A program made the translations under genes and the position numbers. The notes under the pieces were generated by a model. The model saw only the letters and a list, made by a program, of their open reading frames with translations, made no database searches and was not told where the DNA came from. Below are positions 16,043 to 25,004 of a DNA stretch of 32,000 bases, one piece after another (the stretch's first letter is position 1; each line of letters starts with the position of its first letter). The stretch comes from Faecalibaculum rodentium (GTDB lineage: Bacteria; Bacillota_I; Bacilli_A; Erysipelotrichales; Erysipelotrichaceae): contig NZ_CP011391.1 of the NCBI RefSeq assembly GCF_001564455.1, positions 2,070,001 through 2,102,000 of the forward strand, given 5' to 3'.

Positions 16043-16074
16043 TGTTGGCACGGTGACATAGCTGGATAAAGCAT

Positions 16075-16118
16075 CAAATCAATCGGAGAGATTATAACCA
16101 ATCTCTCTGATTGATTGG
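16075..16118. repeat. 19-bp-arm inverted repeat (hairpin or operator)
   Basis: caaatcaatcggagagatt (16075-16093), loop ataacc, then aatctctctgattgattgg (16100-16118). There are two non-Watson-Crick positions, one of them G-U. No adjacent U-run. Confidence 0.6.
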
Positions 16119-16214
16119 TTAGATTCATGATACTCTCACCAGAGTTGTGATTCTGCCCCCGCTATCCGTGAGTACCCACGCCTGCCTCTTCTCATTTCAT
16201 CCCACAAACCGCAG

Positions 16215-16266
16215 ACAGCGTCAACCTGGCATTTGATCAGACTGACGCTGTTTTCCGTTTCTCTTT
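16215..16266 (+). terminator. Plus-strand rho-independent terminator with no annotated upstream gene
   Basis: acagcgtca (16215-16223) pairs with tgacgctgt (16243-16251), followed by ttttccgtttctctttt. The minus-strand side is not U-rich. Confidence 0.5.
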
Positions 16267-16307
16267 TATAAGTACCAGGCGGGTTCGCCGCCATCGGTAT
16301 CCTGAAC

Positions 16308-17678
16308 TCAATACGCTCCCTGGTCGCCTTTGCCAAGCATGGACTTGGCGGTGCGGATCAGCAGGACGAAATCCAGCCACAGGTTCCAGTTGCGGTAATA
16401 AAAAGCGTCGAGCTCCAGCCGCTGGTCAAAGTCCACATCGCTGCGTCCGTGAGTCTGCCACATCCCGGTGATGCCGGGTTTCATCGCAATGACATCCTCG
16501 TACTGATCCCCCATGTCTTCTTTCTCCCGCGGAAGATAGGGCCTAGGCCCGACCAGGGACATATCGCCTTTGAGAACGTTGAAAAACTGCGGGAATTCAT
16601 CCAGGGACTTTTCCCGGAGAAACTTCCCTGCTTTCGTGATCCGCGGGTCGTCCTTCAGTTTCTTGTTGACTTCGTATTCTTCGCGAATCGCGGCATCCCG
16701 CTCCATCATCTCTTCGAGGATTGCCTCGGCGCCCGGGACCATAGTGCGGTATTTGTACATTTTGAACAGCCGTCCATCGCGACCAATGCGCTCCTGGACA
16801 AAGAAAATCGGGTCTTTGTCCCCCTGCCGGCGATTGGAGATCCAGACATAGACCGTGAGGGGCACCAGGATCACCATGCCGGGGATCGCCGCAATGATAT
16901 CCGCGATGCGTTTGGCCGCCAGCTGGAAATACGGATCGCGGGTCCGGGACGTGGCAATGAGCAGCGAGCCGTCGAAGTCGTTGATCTGCGATGCGAAGTT
17001 GATCTCCCCGTCAATGCGGGGCATGATGTTGACATTCGGGACCAGATCATAGGCTTTGCCGAAGATGCGCTTCATGTCAGATTTCCCCAGGTCGGGAATC
17101 GCGATCAGGATCGTGTCAATGTCATGATCCGCCACGGCTTTTTCGAGCTTCTGCCAGGGATACACCTTTCGCGGGAGCTTTTCCTCCGTTTCCTGCACCA
17201 CATGAAGCGACGGATCCGAGGAGCAGTCCACGAATCCCAGGGGATCCATGAGGGAGAACCGGTTTCGCCGGCATACGCTGTAAAGCTGCCGTGCTTCGGG
17301 TCCCGTGCCGACGATGAGTACATTGTGCTTCACATGCTTCCAGAACCAGAGATGGGCGTAGCGGTTCAGGATCACCACGACAATGAAGTCAATGGCATAG
17401 AAGAGAGTGAGATAAAAAACATCATGCCATGGGAATCCATGACCATACGAGAACATCATCAAGCTTGCAATATATCCACAAATATAAGATACAAGCAAAA
17501 ATTTCAGTTCATCCCACACCAGCAGTGCCTTGTGGCGGTAGCGCCCGGCAATGAACTGCATCAGCACCCAGACTATCAGGAACCGGAATCGAATGTTCAT
17601 GGGAAAAGGAAACAAAAGAAGCAACAGCCAGGTGCACAGAGTTTCCAGTCCACATTTGATTATTCCCAGTTTGCTCAT
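16308..17678 (-). CDS. Polyprenyl-phosphate sugar phosphotransferase (WbaP/CpsE-type priming transferase)
   Basis: 456 aa with N-terminal TM segments and a C-terminal bacterial sugar transferase domain (RIGRDGRLFKMYKYRTM...DEFPQFFNVLKGDMSLVGPRP...PGITGMWQ). RBS AAAGGAG. Confidence 0.88.
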   Translation of the reverse strand: MSKLGIIKCGLETLCTWLLLLLFPFPMNIRFRFLIVWVLMQFIAGRYRHKALLVWDELKFLLVSYICGYIASLMMFSYGHGFPWHDVFYLTLFYAIDFIVVVILNRYAHLWFWKHVKHNVLIVGTGPEARQLYSVCRRNRFSLMDPLGFVDCSSDPSLHVVQETEEKLPRKVYPWQKLEKAVADHDIDTILIAIPDLGKSDMKRIFGKAYDLVPNVNIMPRIDGEINFASQINDFDGSLLIATSRTRDPYFQLAAKRIADIIAAIPGMVILVPLTVYVWISNRRQGDKDPIFFVQERIGRDGRLFKMYKYRTMVPGAEAILEEMMERDAAIREEYEVNKKLKDDPRITKAGKFLREKSLDEFPQFFNVLKGDMSLVGPRPYLPREKEDMGDQYEDVIAMKPGITGMWQTHGRSDVDFDQRLELDAFYYRNWNLWLDFVLLIRTAKSMLGKGDQGAY

Positions 17679-17795
17679 TGTGTCTCCTTTCGTGACCTGT
17701 GTTTATGGTATACATACGACTGCCCAAATGCTTGATTTGATTAAGTTAAGCAGTCAGTACTATTCTGCCCAGTCAAGATGTAAATAGCTTCTGGA

Positions 17796-18914
17796 CTATT
17801 CCTTGTTTAACGCCAGTTCCCGGTCCGCCATTTCCAGCGCACTGGCTGTCACGGCATCCATGTCGTAGTATTTGTATTCACCCAGACGGCCGCCGAAAAT
17901 CACGTTTTCTTCCTGATTCGCCTTTTCTTTGTAGGCCTGATAGAGCCGCTGGTTTTTCTCATCGTTCACGGGATAATATGGTTCATCTCCCGGCTGCCAT
18001 TCAGAGCTGTATTCCCGGGAAATAATGGTTTTGTCGCTGCCCAGATCCTCGAACCACTTGTGTTCAATGATCCGCGTCCAGGGTGTCTCCCGGTCGGTGT
18101 AGTTCACTGCAGCGTTGCCCTGGAAATTCGGGATATCCAGTGTCTCGGTCTCAAATCGCACGGAGCGGTATTCCAGGGGCCCGAGTTCATACTTGAAATA
18201 CGCGTCGATGGGCCCTGTGTAGACCACTTTGTCTGCCAGAGCGTTCCATTTTTCCCGGTCCTTCAGATAGTCCTCTCCCGTCAGGACTTCGATACCATCC
18301 AGCATGTGTTCAACCATCTGCGTATAGCCGCCAATGGGAATGCCCTGATAGGCCGCATTGAAGTAATTGTTATCAAAAGTAAGCCGTACCGGCAGCCGGC
18401 GGATGATGAAAGACGGCAGCTCGGTGCAGTCCCGTCCCCACTGCTTTTCGGTGTAGCCCTTGATGAGCTTTTCATAGATGTCGCGTCCCACCAGGGAAAT
18501 CGCCTGTTCCTCTAGGTTTTTAGGCTCTCCTTTGATTTCCTGACGCTGTTCCTCGATTTTGGCTGCCGCTTCTTCGGGTGTCACGACGCCCCAAATCTGG
18601 TTGAAGGTATACATGTTGAAGGGCAGCGAATAGAGCTGGCCTTTGTAGTTGGCCACCGGGGAGTTGGTGAAGCGGTTGAATTTCGTGAACCGGTTCAGGT
18701 ACTGCCACACTCGTTCGTTGTTGGTGTGAAAGATATGCGCGCCATAGACATGGACGTGGATGTTGTGCTCTTTCTTCGTGTAGACGTTTCCGGCGATGTG
18801 ATCCCGTTTGTCAATGACGAGCACCGACTTGCCGGCATCTGTCGCCTGTCTGGCAAAGGTGGCACCGTACAGGCCGGATCCCACCACCAGGTAATCGTAG
18901 TGTTTCTGTTTCAT
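17796..18914 (-). CDS. glf: UDP-galactopyranose mutase
   Basis: YDYLVVGSGLYGATFA (FAD-binding fold), HVYGAHIFHTNN, YSLPFNMYTFNQ and GGRLGEYKYYDMD are highly characteristic. RBS GAAGGAGAA. Confidence 0.93.
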   Translation of the reverse strand: MKQKHYDYLVVGSGLYGATFARQATDAGKSVLVIDKRDHIAGNVYTKKEHNIHVHVYGAHIFHTNNERVWQYLNRFTKFNRFTNSPVANYKGQLYSLPFNMYTFNQIWGVVTPEEAAAKIEEQRQEIKGEPKNLEEQAISLVGRDIYEKLIKGYTEKQWGRDCTELPSFIIRRLPVRLTFDNNYFNAAYQGIPIGGYTQMVEHMLDGIEVLTGEDYLKDREKWNALADKVVYTGPIDAYFKYELGPLEYRSVRFETETLDIPNFQGNAAVNYTDRETPWTRIIEHKWFEDLGSDKTIISREYSSEWQPGDEPYYPVNDEKNQRLYQAYKEKANQEENVIFGGRLGEYKYYDMDAVTASALEMADRELALNKE

Positions 18915-19158
18915 AGTGTTTCTCCTTCGAGTATTAAATCTATTTTATTGTTTTCCAGCAGAACAAAAAACCGTGCTTCCAAAATTGTTCCACATCGTCA
19001 GACAAAAGTTCTTTGAAAACGCTTAGCTAAACAACGTCGAACGATTATTCTTAGTAACTTCCATATTTAAGGTACTCTCTCCAATTATGTTCTCAAAAGC
19101 AAAAAGCCCCCTTCGTATTCCATGAAAAGAGCTTTTCCAAATCATTTTATTCCGCCAC

Positions 19159-20949
19159 TCAATACCCGACACCGGGATTGACATAGCCGCCATCTACATA
19201 TCCCGGGTCCGTATACCCCGGATCCACATAACCGGGATCGGTGTACCCGGGATCGACATACCCCGGATCGGTATACACAGGTTCCTGAACCGTCTGGTCA
19301 TACGTCGTATCCTGACCAGTGCCTGGATCCTGCACCGTCACGTTTTCCTCCACCGTCACATCCTGCTCCGGCTGCGGACTCGGTTCATCATTGGCTGGGA
19401 CTTCAGAAGGATCCGCGTTGATTGCTTCCACTTCCTCCGCGCTCTTGCCTTCGATCACCGCTTCGATGCGCTTTTTCGCCGTCACAACCGTTTCATTGTC
19501 CGGGATCATGACAGATGCATTGTTGCCCAGTTCTGCACAGAACTCCGTGGAGCCCTGGCCATCCAGCGAATAGGTGATGAACTGCCAGTCCGGCATTTCC
19601 TTGAGCTGGAACTGGATCAGAGACTGGATCTCATTCTGCGACAAGTCGGTCTGGAAGGCACCGGAAAGTGCATCCATCAGAGCCGGGTAGTTGCCAATCA
19701 CAGACGGGCTAGTGGCTTTCTTCACGATTGCCATCAGCACCTCCTGCTGGTTCTTCACACGCTGGCGGTCGCCATCCTGATAGGCATACCGCTCACGTGC
19801 ATAGCACAGCGCTGCCTGGCCATTCAGGTGGTTGATGCCCTCTGTCACGCCGTAATCCGTGCCGAAGTAGTCATTGGTGTAGAAATGATCCACAGCCAGA
19901 CCCGGCTTGACATCCACATCAATGCCGCCCAGGGCATCCACGAGATTCACGACCGAGGTAAAGTTCACCTTCGCGGTGTAGTTGATGTCGATTCCCAGCA
20001 GCGACTCGATGGTTTTCTTCGTCGTCTCGGTTCCATGCAGACCGGTGTGTGTCAGCTTGTCCTTCGCCCCATTCTGGCAGCCGGCGTCTTCTTCGCAGAC
20101 CGTCGTTACATAGTAGTCACGGGGAATGGATGTCAGAAGCACCGTCCTGGTCACGGGGTTGATCGTGGCCAGCATGTTCACGTCACTGCGGCTGCTTTCC
20201 GCAAAGCCATCCCGGGAATCCACACCGGAGATCAGCACCGTGAAGGGATTTTTCGTGATGTCATCCACGGAATTGGTCGTGGACTTGTTTTCCGTCTTGT
20301 AGGTATAGGTATAGACCACCTGCGTATCTGTCCCGAAGTTCTTGAACTTCTCGTCCTCCAGGTCATTGATGTTCCCGCGATAGGCATCATTCAGAATAAT
20401 CGCCGGCACTTCCTTGTCATAGAGACCGTTCACCATTCCCTGAATGTTGTCATACTGCTTGTCCTGGAACGTCACACCTTTGCCGGAAAGATCCTGAATC
20501 AGTGCCTGGGTGCTCGCCAGGGAGATGCTCTTCAGCGAACCCACCGTCTTGCCCTCCAGATCCTTCTCCGAAGTGATCCCGCTGTCCTTCAGCGCAATCA
20601 CCTGCACCGTTGTCGTGGTTTCATTCCCGAAATCCGTCACGTTTCCCAGAAGCCCCGTGGCCTTGGAAATATAGTAGGTTCCTGTTCCATACACCAGGAT
20701 CATCATGACAGTGATCGTGGTCAGGATGATTTTCGAAGCCGTGCCCCTGGTGAATCCCAGCTGCAGGACCATGACCAGCGCCGCAATGATCAGAATGATC
20801 ACACAGCCGATCATGAGCATGTTTTCCGGCAGCATTCCCAGTTTCACGATCTCCCAAATCAGGAAAGCCGTCAGCAACAGCATGATCGCCGCCAGGATCC
20901 AGGATGCGGTTTTGAAGGCTTTGTTGGATGTTGTCTGTGCTTTTCTCAC
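19159..20949 (-). CDS. LCP family (LytR-CpsA-Psr) polymer-to-cell-wall phosphotransferase with C-terminal DPGY-repeat tail
   Basis: GTG start with GGAGGAA 7 nt upstream and a GTGA overlap with the preceding gene. Three N-terminal TM segments. LCP core: TVLISGVDSR...RSDVNMLATINP...LTSIPRDYYV...INHLNGQAALCYARER. Tail: YTDPGYVDPGYTDPGYVDPGYTDPGYVDGGYVNPGVGY. Confidence 0.85.
   Translation of the reverse strand: MRKAQTTSNKAFKTASWILAAIMLLLTAFLIWEIVKLGMLPENMLMIGCVIILIIAALVMVLQLGFTRGTASKIILTTITVMMILVYGTGTYYISKATGLLGNVTDFGNETTTTVQVIALKDSGITSEKDLEGKTVGSLKSISLASTQALIQDLSGKGVTFQDKQYDNIQGMVNGLYDKEVPAIILNDAYRGNINDLEDEKFKNFGTDTQVVYTYTYKTENKSTTNSVDDITKNPFTVLISGVDSRDGFAESSRSDVNMLATINPVTRTVLLTSIPRDYYVTTVCEEDAGCQNGAKDKLTHTGLHGTETTKKTIESLLGIDINYTAKVNFTSVVNLVDALGGIDVDVKPGLAVDHFYTNDYFGTDYGVTEGINHLNGQAALCYARERYAYQDGDRQRVKNQQEVLMAIVKKATSPSVIGNYPALMDALSGAFQTDLSQNEIQSLIQFQLKEMPDWQFITYSLDGQGSTEFCAELGNNASVMIPDNETVVTAKKRIEAVIEGKSAEEVEAINADPSEVPANDEPSPQPEQDVTVEENVTVQDPGTGQDTTYDQTVQEPVYTDPGYVDPGYTDPGYVDPGYTDPGYVDGGYVNPGVGY
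19162..19290 (-). repeat. Coding tandem repeat (15/30-nt period) specifying the DPGY[TV] pentapeptide tail
   Basis: Repeating ccgggatc(g/c)(g/a)(t/c)(g/a)ta(c/t)ac units are visible in the DNA and as (Y[TV]DPG)n in translation. Confidence 0.8.
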
Positions 20950-21713
20950 GTAGCGTTTCCTCCTGTCAGTTTCTTCAGACCGAACTCTGCCCGGTTCCTC
21001 AGGCGTCTCAGCTGCAGTCTTCGTTTCTGCGCCGCCGTCATCTCTGTCTGGAGCACCGGCAGCGTCTTCACCCGCAGATCACGGGCCCGGACCCAGACAT
21101 TCAGAAGCCGTTCCGCGAGAAATCCGTAAATACGCTTCTGATAGTCGTTGTAGTCCGCAAGATCCACTGACGGTTCCAGTTCCTCCAGGATCTGAAACAG
21201 CCAGCGGCAATAGGCATCGTACCGGTCTTTCCGGCATACCATCATATTATATTGACACAATCCGCCCTGATTCATGACAGAATCGAAAGCCGTCAGCGCA
21301 TCCGGGTCCTGTTTTTCGATGATAGCTCTTACATTGTCCAGATCCTTCGCAAATCCGGACTCATTCGCATACTGTTGATAAACCGTTTCTTTATAAGGCT
21401 CGAACTCCGCCAGCAGGATATCGTGATCTCCCAGCAGCTGTTCGATCTCCGCAGACCGCAGGATCCCCTCCCGGCCCTGGAAATACCGCCGATAGTGGGA
21501 AATCGAAACCACATCGCTCTCGTGGTCGTTTTTCCAGATCCAGTACAGCCCCGTCAGCTCACACCAGTTGGGATTCTTCGCCGAAATCTCATCCCCGGTG
21601 TTATCCCGCAGCCAACCCAGGTCCGGTCCGTTTCCCACTTGCAATGGTGTGTAGTCCGGCAGCTTTGGCGGCGTAAAGGCCTTGTGTGTGATGATATAGT
21701 TCGTGACTTTCAT
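20946..21713 (-). CDS. DUF4422-family glycosyltransferase (putative galactofuranosyltransferase)
   Basis: ITHKAF...YTPLQVGN...RDNTGDEISAKNPNWCELTGLYWIWKN...ISHYRRYF is the signature DUF4422 N-terminal block. ATGA overlap with the upstream GT1. Confidence 0.8.
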   Translation of the reverse strand: MKVTNYIITHKAFTPPKLPDYTPLQVGNGPDLGWLRDNTGDEISAKNPNWCELTGLYWIWKNDHESDVVSISHYRRYFQGREGILRSAEIEQLLGDHDILLAEFEPYKETVYQQYANESGFAKDLDNVRAIIEKQDPDALTAFDSVMNQGGLCQYNMMVCRKDRYDAYCRWLFQILEELEPSVDLADYNDYQKRIYGFLAERLLNVWVRARDLRVKTLPVLQTEMTAAQKRRLQLRRLRNRAEFGLKKLTGGNAT

Positions 21714-22912
21714 GCCTCTGTCCCCTTTTCATCAGATGCCGATGATGGCTGACCGGCTTCGCTGTTATCCGACCGTATACCGGCTTCAGCCGCTCGGTCC
21801 AGATAGAACTGTTCAAAGGCTCTGGCCGCTGCCTTGATTTCATATCCTGCTTCTGCAATCTCCTGAGTCGTATTGCGACGATGCAGGCGGCTTTCATCGA
21901 CCGTCTTCAGAATGGCGTTCGCCCAGATCTCCGGGGAAGATTCCAGGGGTATATACTGCGTCAGTTCCTTGAGCGGCAGCTCCCGGGCCACCGCTGTGGA
22001 TGTGATCACCGGCAGACCCGTTGCCTGGGCTTCCACCCCGACCACCGGCAGACCTTCGAAGAAGGAAGGCAGGACAAAGACATCCATGGCATTCATCAAT
22101 GCCGGGATGTCTTTTCGCAAGCCCAGGAACATTACGGAATCCTCCAGGCCCAGAGTCTTCACTTTGTCCCGGATCTCCGGTTCCAATTCGCCGGCCCCTG
22201 CCAGCAGCAGGATTGCCTCTGGACTCTTCCGGTGCACCGCTGCAAAGATATCGATGAGAAAGGAATGGTTTTTCTGCAGGCTGAACCGTCCCACGTGCCC
22301 CAGAACCGGGGTATTTTCCGGGATCCCCAGCAACTCTCTGGTTTTCTTTCGCAGCGCCGGGTCCAGCCTAAACCGGTCAGTATCCACCGCGTTGCGAATC
22401 ACCGTATACCGCTGGTCCTGGATCACGGACTTCGGGAATTTCCATTCAGCCGCCAGATCCGAACAGGCGAGATAATCCGTGGGGTACTTCAGCAGATACG
22501 GAATGGATAGAGTCTTGATGACGTGATATTTCAGGTTTTTGAATCCCCCGCAGTGGGAGTGCACCACCCGGATTGGTACCTCTGCCTCTGCCGCCAGCTT
22601 CGCGCCTTCCATCAGGGCATAGGTGCTCCCGGAATGAATGTGCACAATGGGATAGGGATGCCTGGACAGGAAGTCCTGCACGGATTCCCGGAAGACCTTG
22701 TTGTTGTTTTCTCCGAAGGGATGATCATACGTGAATACCTGTCCGCCCATGGATTCGATCTCCGCCTTCAGGTCCGGATTGTCGCAGTTGAAGGGTGTCA
22801 GAAAATCCAGCTGCACCTTCTTGCGGTCCATGTTCCGGTACATGTTCATCAGGAAGCTTTCCTGACCGCCGTTGGCCATGGGTTCCCGGAAGACCTCCAG
22901 CACCCGGATCAT
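21710..22912 (-). CDS. Glycosyltransferase family 1 (GT4-type, GT-B fold)
   Basis: 400 aa. N-terminus VLEVFREPMANGGQESF. C-terminal half GHVGRFSLQKNH...LLAGAGELE...VFVLPSFFEGLPVVGVEAQATGLPVI shows the E-x7-E region. Confidence 0.85.
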   Translation of the reverse strand: MIRVLEVFREPMANGGQESFLMNMYRNMDRKKVQLDFLTPFNCDNPDLKAEIESMGGQVFTYDHPFGENNNKVFRESVQDFLSRHPYPIVHIHSGSTYALMEGAKLAAEAEVPIRVVHSHCGGFKNLKYHVIKTLSIPYLLKYPTDYLACSDLAAEWKFPKSVIQDQRYTVIRNAVDTDRFRLDPALRKKTRELLGIPENTPVLGHVGRFSLQKNHSFLIDIFAAVHRKSPEAILLLAGAGELEPEIRDKVKTLGLEDSVMFLGLRKDIPALMNAMDVFVLPSFFEGLPVVGVEAQATGLPVITSTAVARELPLKELTQYIPLESSPEIWANAILKTVDESRLHRRNTTQEIAEAGYEIKAAARAFEQFYLDRAAEAGIRSDNSEAGQPSSASDEKGTEA

Positions 22913-23790
22913 TGTGCTTTCTCCACCCGGGGGTCAAAGGTCAGCCCTTCCCGGGATCCGGACCAGATGATGCCCAGCCGCTCCAGTTTGTGGTCCGGCG
23001 CCTTGATCAGCACCCGCGCAGAATGATAGAGGATTTTCGCTCCCTGGTACAGGATCCGGCTCCCCTTCTCTTTCTTCGCGATATAGACCTCATTGCGGTA
23101 GGCAAAGCGGTATCTGGGCAGTCTTGCAGCGGCATCGGTGGCAATGTTGGACCCTTCGTTGTTGGCAGTCTTGTGAATGACCGTGCTGGCCGGTACATAC
23201 CAGCAGGGAAGCATCTTCGAGAGCCGCCTGGTGTACTCCACGTCATCCCCCCAGATGAAGAACTCGGAAATGGGCAGACCCGCTTTACGGACAGCCGCAG
23301 CCCGCAGCAGAAGGGACACGAAAGTCGCCTGGCGGCAGCGCTGTGGCTTGTCGGCATCCAGGGCGCCTTCCAGCAGTTTCTGTTCGTTCATCCGGCAGCG
23401 GGTTCCGTCTGTCCACAGCACCCGGGAGGACAGGAACCCGAAATCGGGATGGGCTTTGGCCACCCGCATAAGCTGTGTCAGGGAATCCGGCTGCACGATG
23501 CAGTCGTCGTCCATGATCCAGAAGTATTCATACTTCTGTTTCAGAGCTGTCTTCAGGGCAAAGTTGAACCCCCCTGCCCCTCCGAGGTTCGCTCCTGTAT
23601 TGTGATAAATGATCACTCCCTGATCCACAAAGTCCTGCAGAGTATCCTGCGTTCCATCTGTGCTTGCATTGTCAATCACGATGATGTCACATGGGGTCTG
23701 GCTGCAGATTAGAGCTTTGATGCACTCCTTGAGCAGGTCCTTACGATTGTATGTGACAATCAACGCCGCCGTTTCAGCTGTGGATATCAT
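22909..23790 (-). CDS. Glycosyltransferase family 2 (GT-A fold)
   Basis: AALIVTYNRKDLL...IIVIDNASTDGT...NLGGAGGFN...FWIMDDDC shows the DxD-type motifs. Confidence 0.85.
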   Translation of the reverse strand: MISTAETAALIVTYNRKDLLKECIKALICSQTPCDIIVIDNASTDGTQDTLQDFVDQGVIIYHNTGANLGGAGGFNFALKTALKQKYEYFWIMDDDCIVQPDSLTQLMRVAKAHPDFGFLSSRVLWTDGTRCRMNEQKLLEGALDADKPQRCRQATFVSLLLRAAAVRKAGLPISEFFIWGDDVEYTRRLSKMLPCWYVPASTVIHKTANNEGSNIATDAAARLPRYRFAYRNEVYIAKKEKGSRILYQGAKILYHSARVLIKAPDHKLERLGIIWSGSREGLTFDPRVEKAQ

Positions 23791-25003
23791 TGGGCAGCAT
23801 CTCCTTTCTTCTCTCAGTTAACTTGATATAACTGCCTCCAGCCAGAATAAATGGGTTATATAGTGGATTGATAAGCCGGACTTCCACGAATGAGAAGAGC
23901 AGAATCACCACAAAGAAGGCCAGATACAACATGTCGTGGCGCCGATACAGATCCAGTACCACCTGACGACACCAGCTGAATACCAGCAGCAGGAAAATCA
24001 GACCATAGTTTAGCAGAATGTTCAGATAGGAACAATCGACATAGAGATATTGCATACCAGGCTTGTAAGTGATACCCTGACCTGCCCAGACAATGCTCTG
24101 ACCAAAAAAGGACAGGCCATACTTCTGCCAGGCTTCCGCTGCATTGGCAAGCCGCCCGGAGAGGATGTCGTTGAGTTTTCCCATGAATCCTGCGCCCTGG
24201 TACAGGCCAGCCAGCAGCATCGCAACGATGGTCAGGATCACCGGCAGCCAGAGAACGACTAGCTTCACCCACCGGTTTTCCAGCCAGTCAAGCCAGCTCG
24301 GTTTCTGCCACCAGGTCAAGGTAATGACAAGCACGAATATAGTAGTGAAGAATGCCATTTTTGTGTCGGTGAGAATGAACAGAGCCGTGGCCAGCTGCAG
24401 GAGGAAGACGAAGATCCAGCCATTGAGACGCTTTCGTTCCAGGTGTAGAAAGAGCATGGATGCAAACACAAACAGGACTGGGGCGCTGGTGACCCAGGTG
24501 AAGCCCAGGCTGTAGCGGATGCGTTCTGTGTCCATGATCACATTGGGAAACAGGCCCAGGGCTGCAAAGAGCGGTATCATGGTCAGTGTAGCGGTCTGGA
24601 TGATGAGCACCACCCGGAACAGTGTCTTCCGGGGCAGCACTGCCATGGAGCCAACAGCGAGCATCAGAATCATGAATTCCGTACTGCGGGAAAAGAAAAA
24701 GACCAGTCCCGTCACAGCCAGGTAAATCACAAACGGCCAGAGGCGGTACTGTCTAAGTCCCAGGGCACAGAGAATGCACAACGCCATTGCCGCATAGGAT
24801 GCATAGCGCAGAACTAGAAAGACGGTGTCATAAATCTGGTTATAGTATTCGGAGGCAGATTCAATGAGCATTACATTGCCCAGCCAGGAAGACCCCAGGA
24901 AAAGTGCCAGGACAGTGCAAAGAATCAGTACCTGGTACTGTCGATAAAAACAGCCAAACCCGGAATCAGCGAAGCGTTCTGTCAATGTCTCGAAAACTGT
25001 CAT
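23774..25003 (-). CDS. Polysaccharide polymerase (Wzy-like / O-antigen ligase-like multi-pass membrane protein)
   Basis: About 10-12 hydrophobic segments with no soluble domain, sitting between the GT and flippase genes. ATG 25003 is preferred (AAGGGAG 8 nt upstream) over ATG 25021. The call rests on context and topology only. Confidence 0.6.
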   Translation of the reverse strand: MTVFETLTERFADSGFGCFYRQYQVLILCTVLALFLGSSWLGNVMLIESASEYYNQIYDTVFLVLRYASYAAMALCILCALGLRQYRLWPFVIYLAVTGLVFFFSRSTEFMILMLAVGSMAVLPRKTLFRVVLIIQTATLTMIPLFAALGLFPNVIMDTERIRYSLGFTWVTSAPVLFVFASMLFLHLERKRLNGWIFVFLLQLATALFILTDTKMAFFTTIFVLVITLTWWQKPSWLDWLENRWVKLVVLWLPVILTIVAMLLAGLYQGAGFMGKLNDILSGRLANAAEAWQKYGLSFFGQSIVWAGQGITYKPGMQYLYVDCSYLNILLNYGLIFLLLVFSWCRQVVLDLYRRHDMLYLAFFVVILLFSFVEVRLINPLYNPFILAGGSYIKLTERRKEMLPNDIHS

Positions 25004-25004
25004 A

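Noticed and set aside
16449-21129. Plus-strand ORFs 16449..17735 (428 aa) and 19828..21129 (433 aa), and similar ones at 21873..23712
   Set aside because: They lie antisense to well-supported polysaccharide genes (priming transferase, LCP, GT1, GT2). Their composition is skewed to R/H/G/P with no domain signatures.
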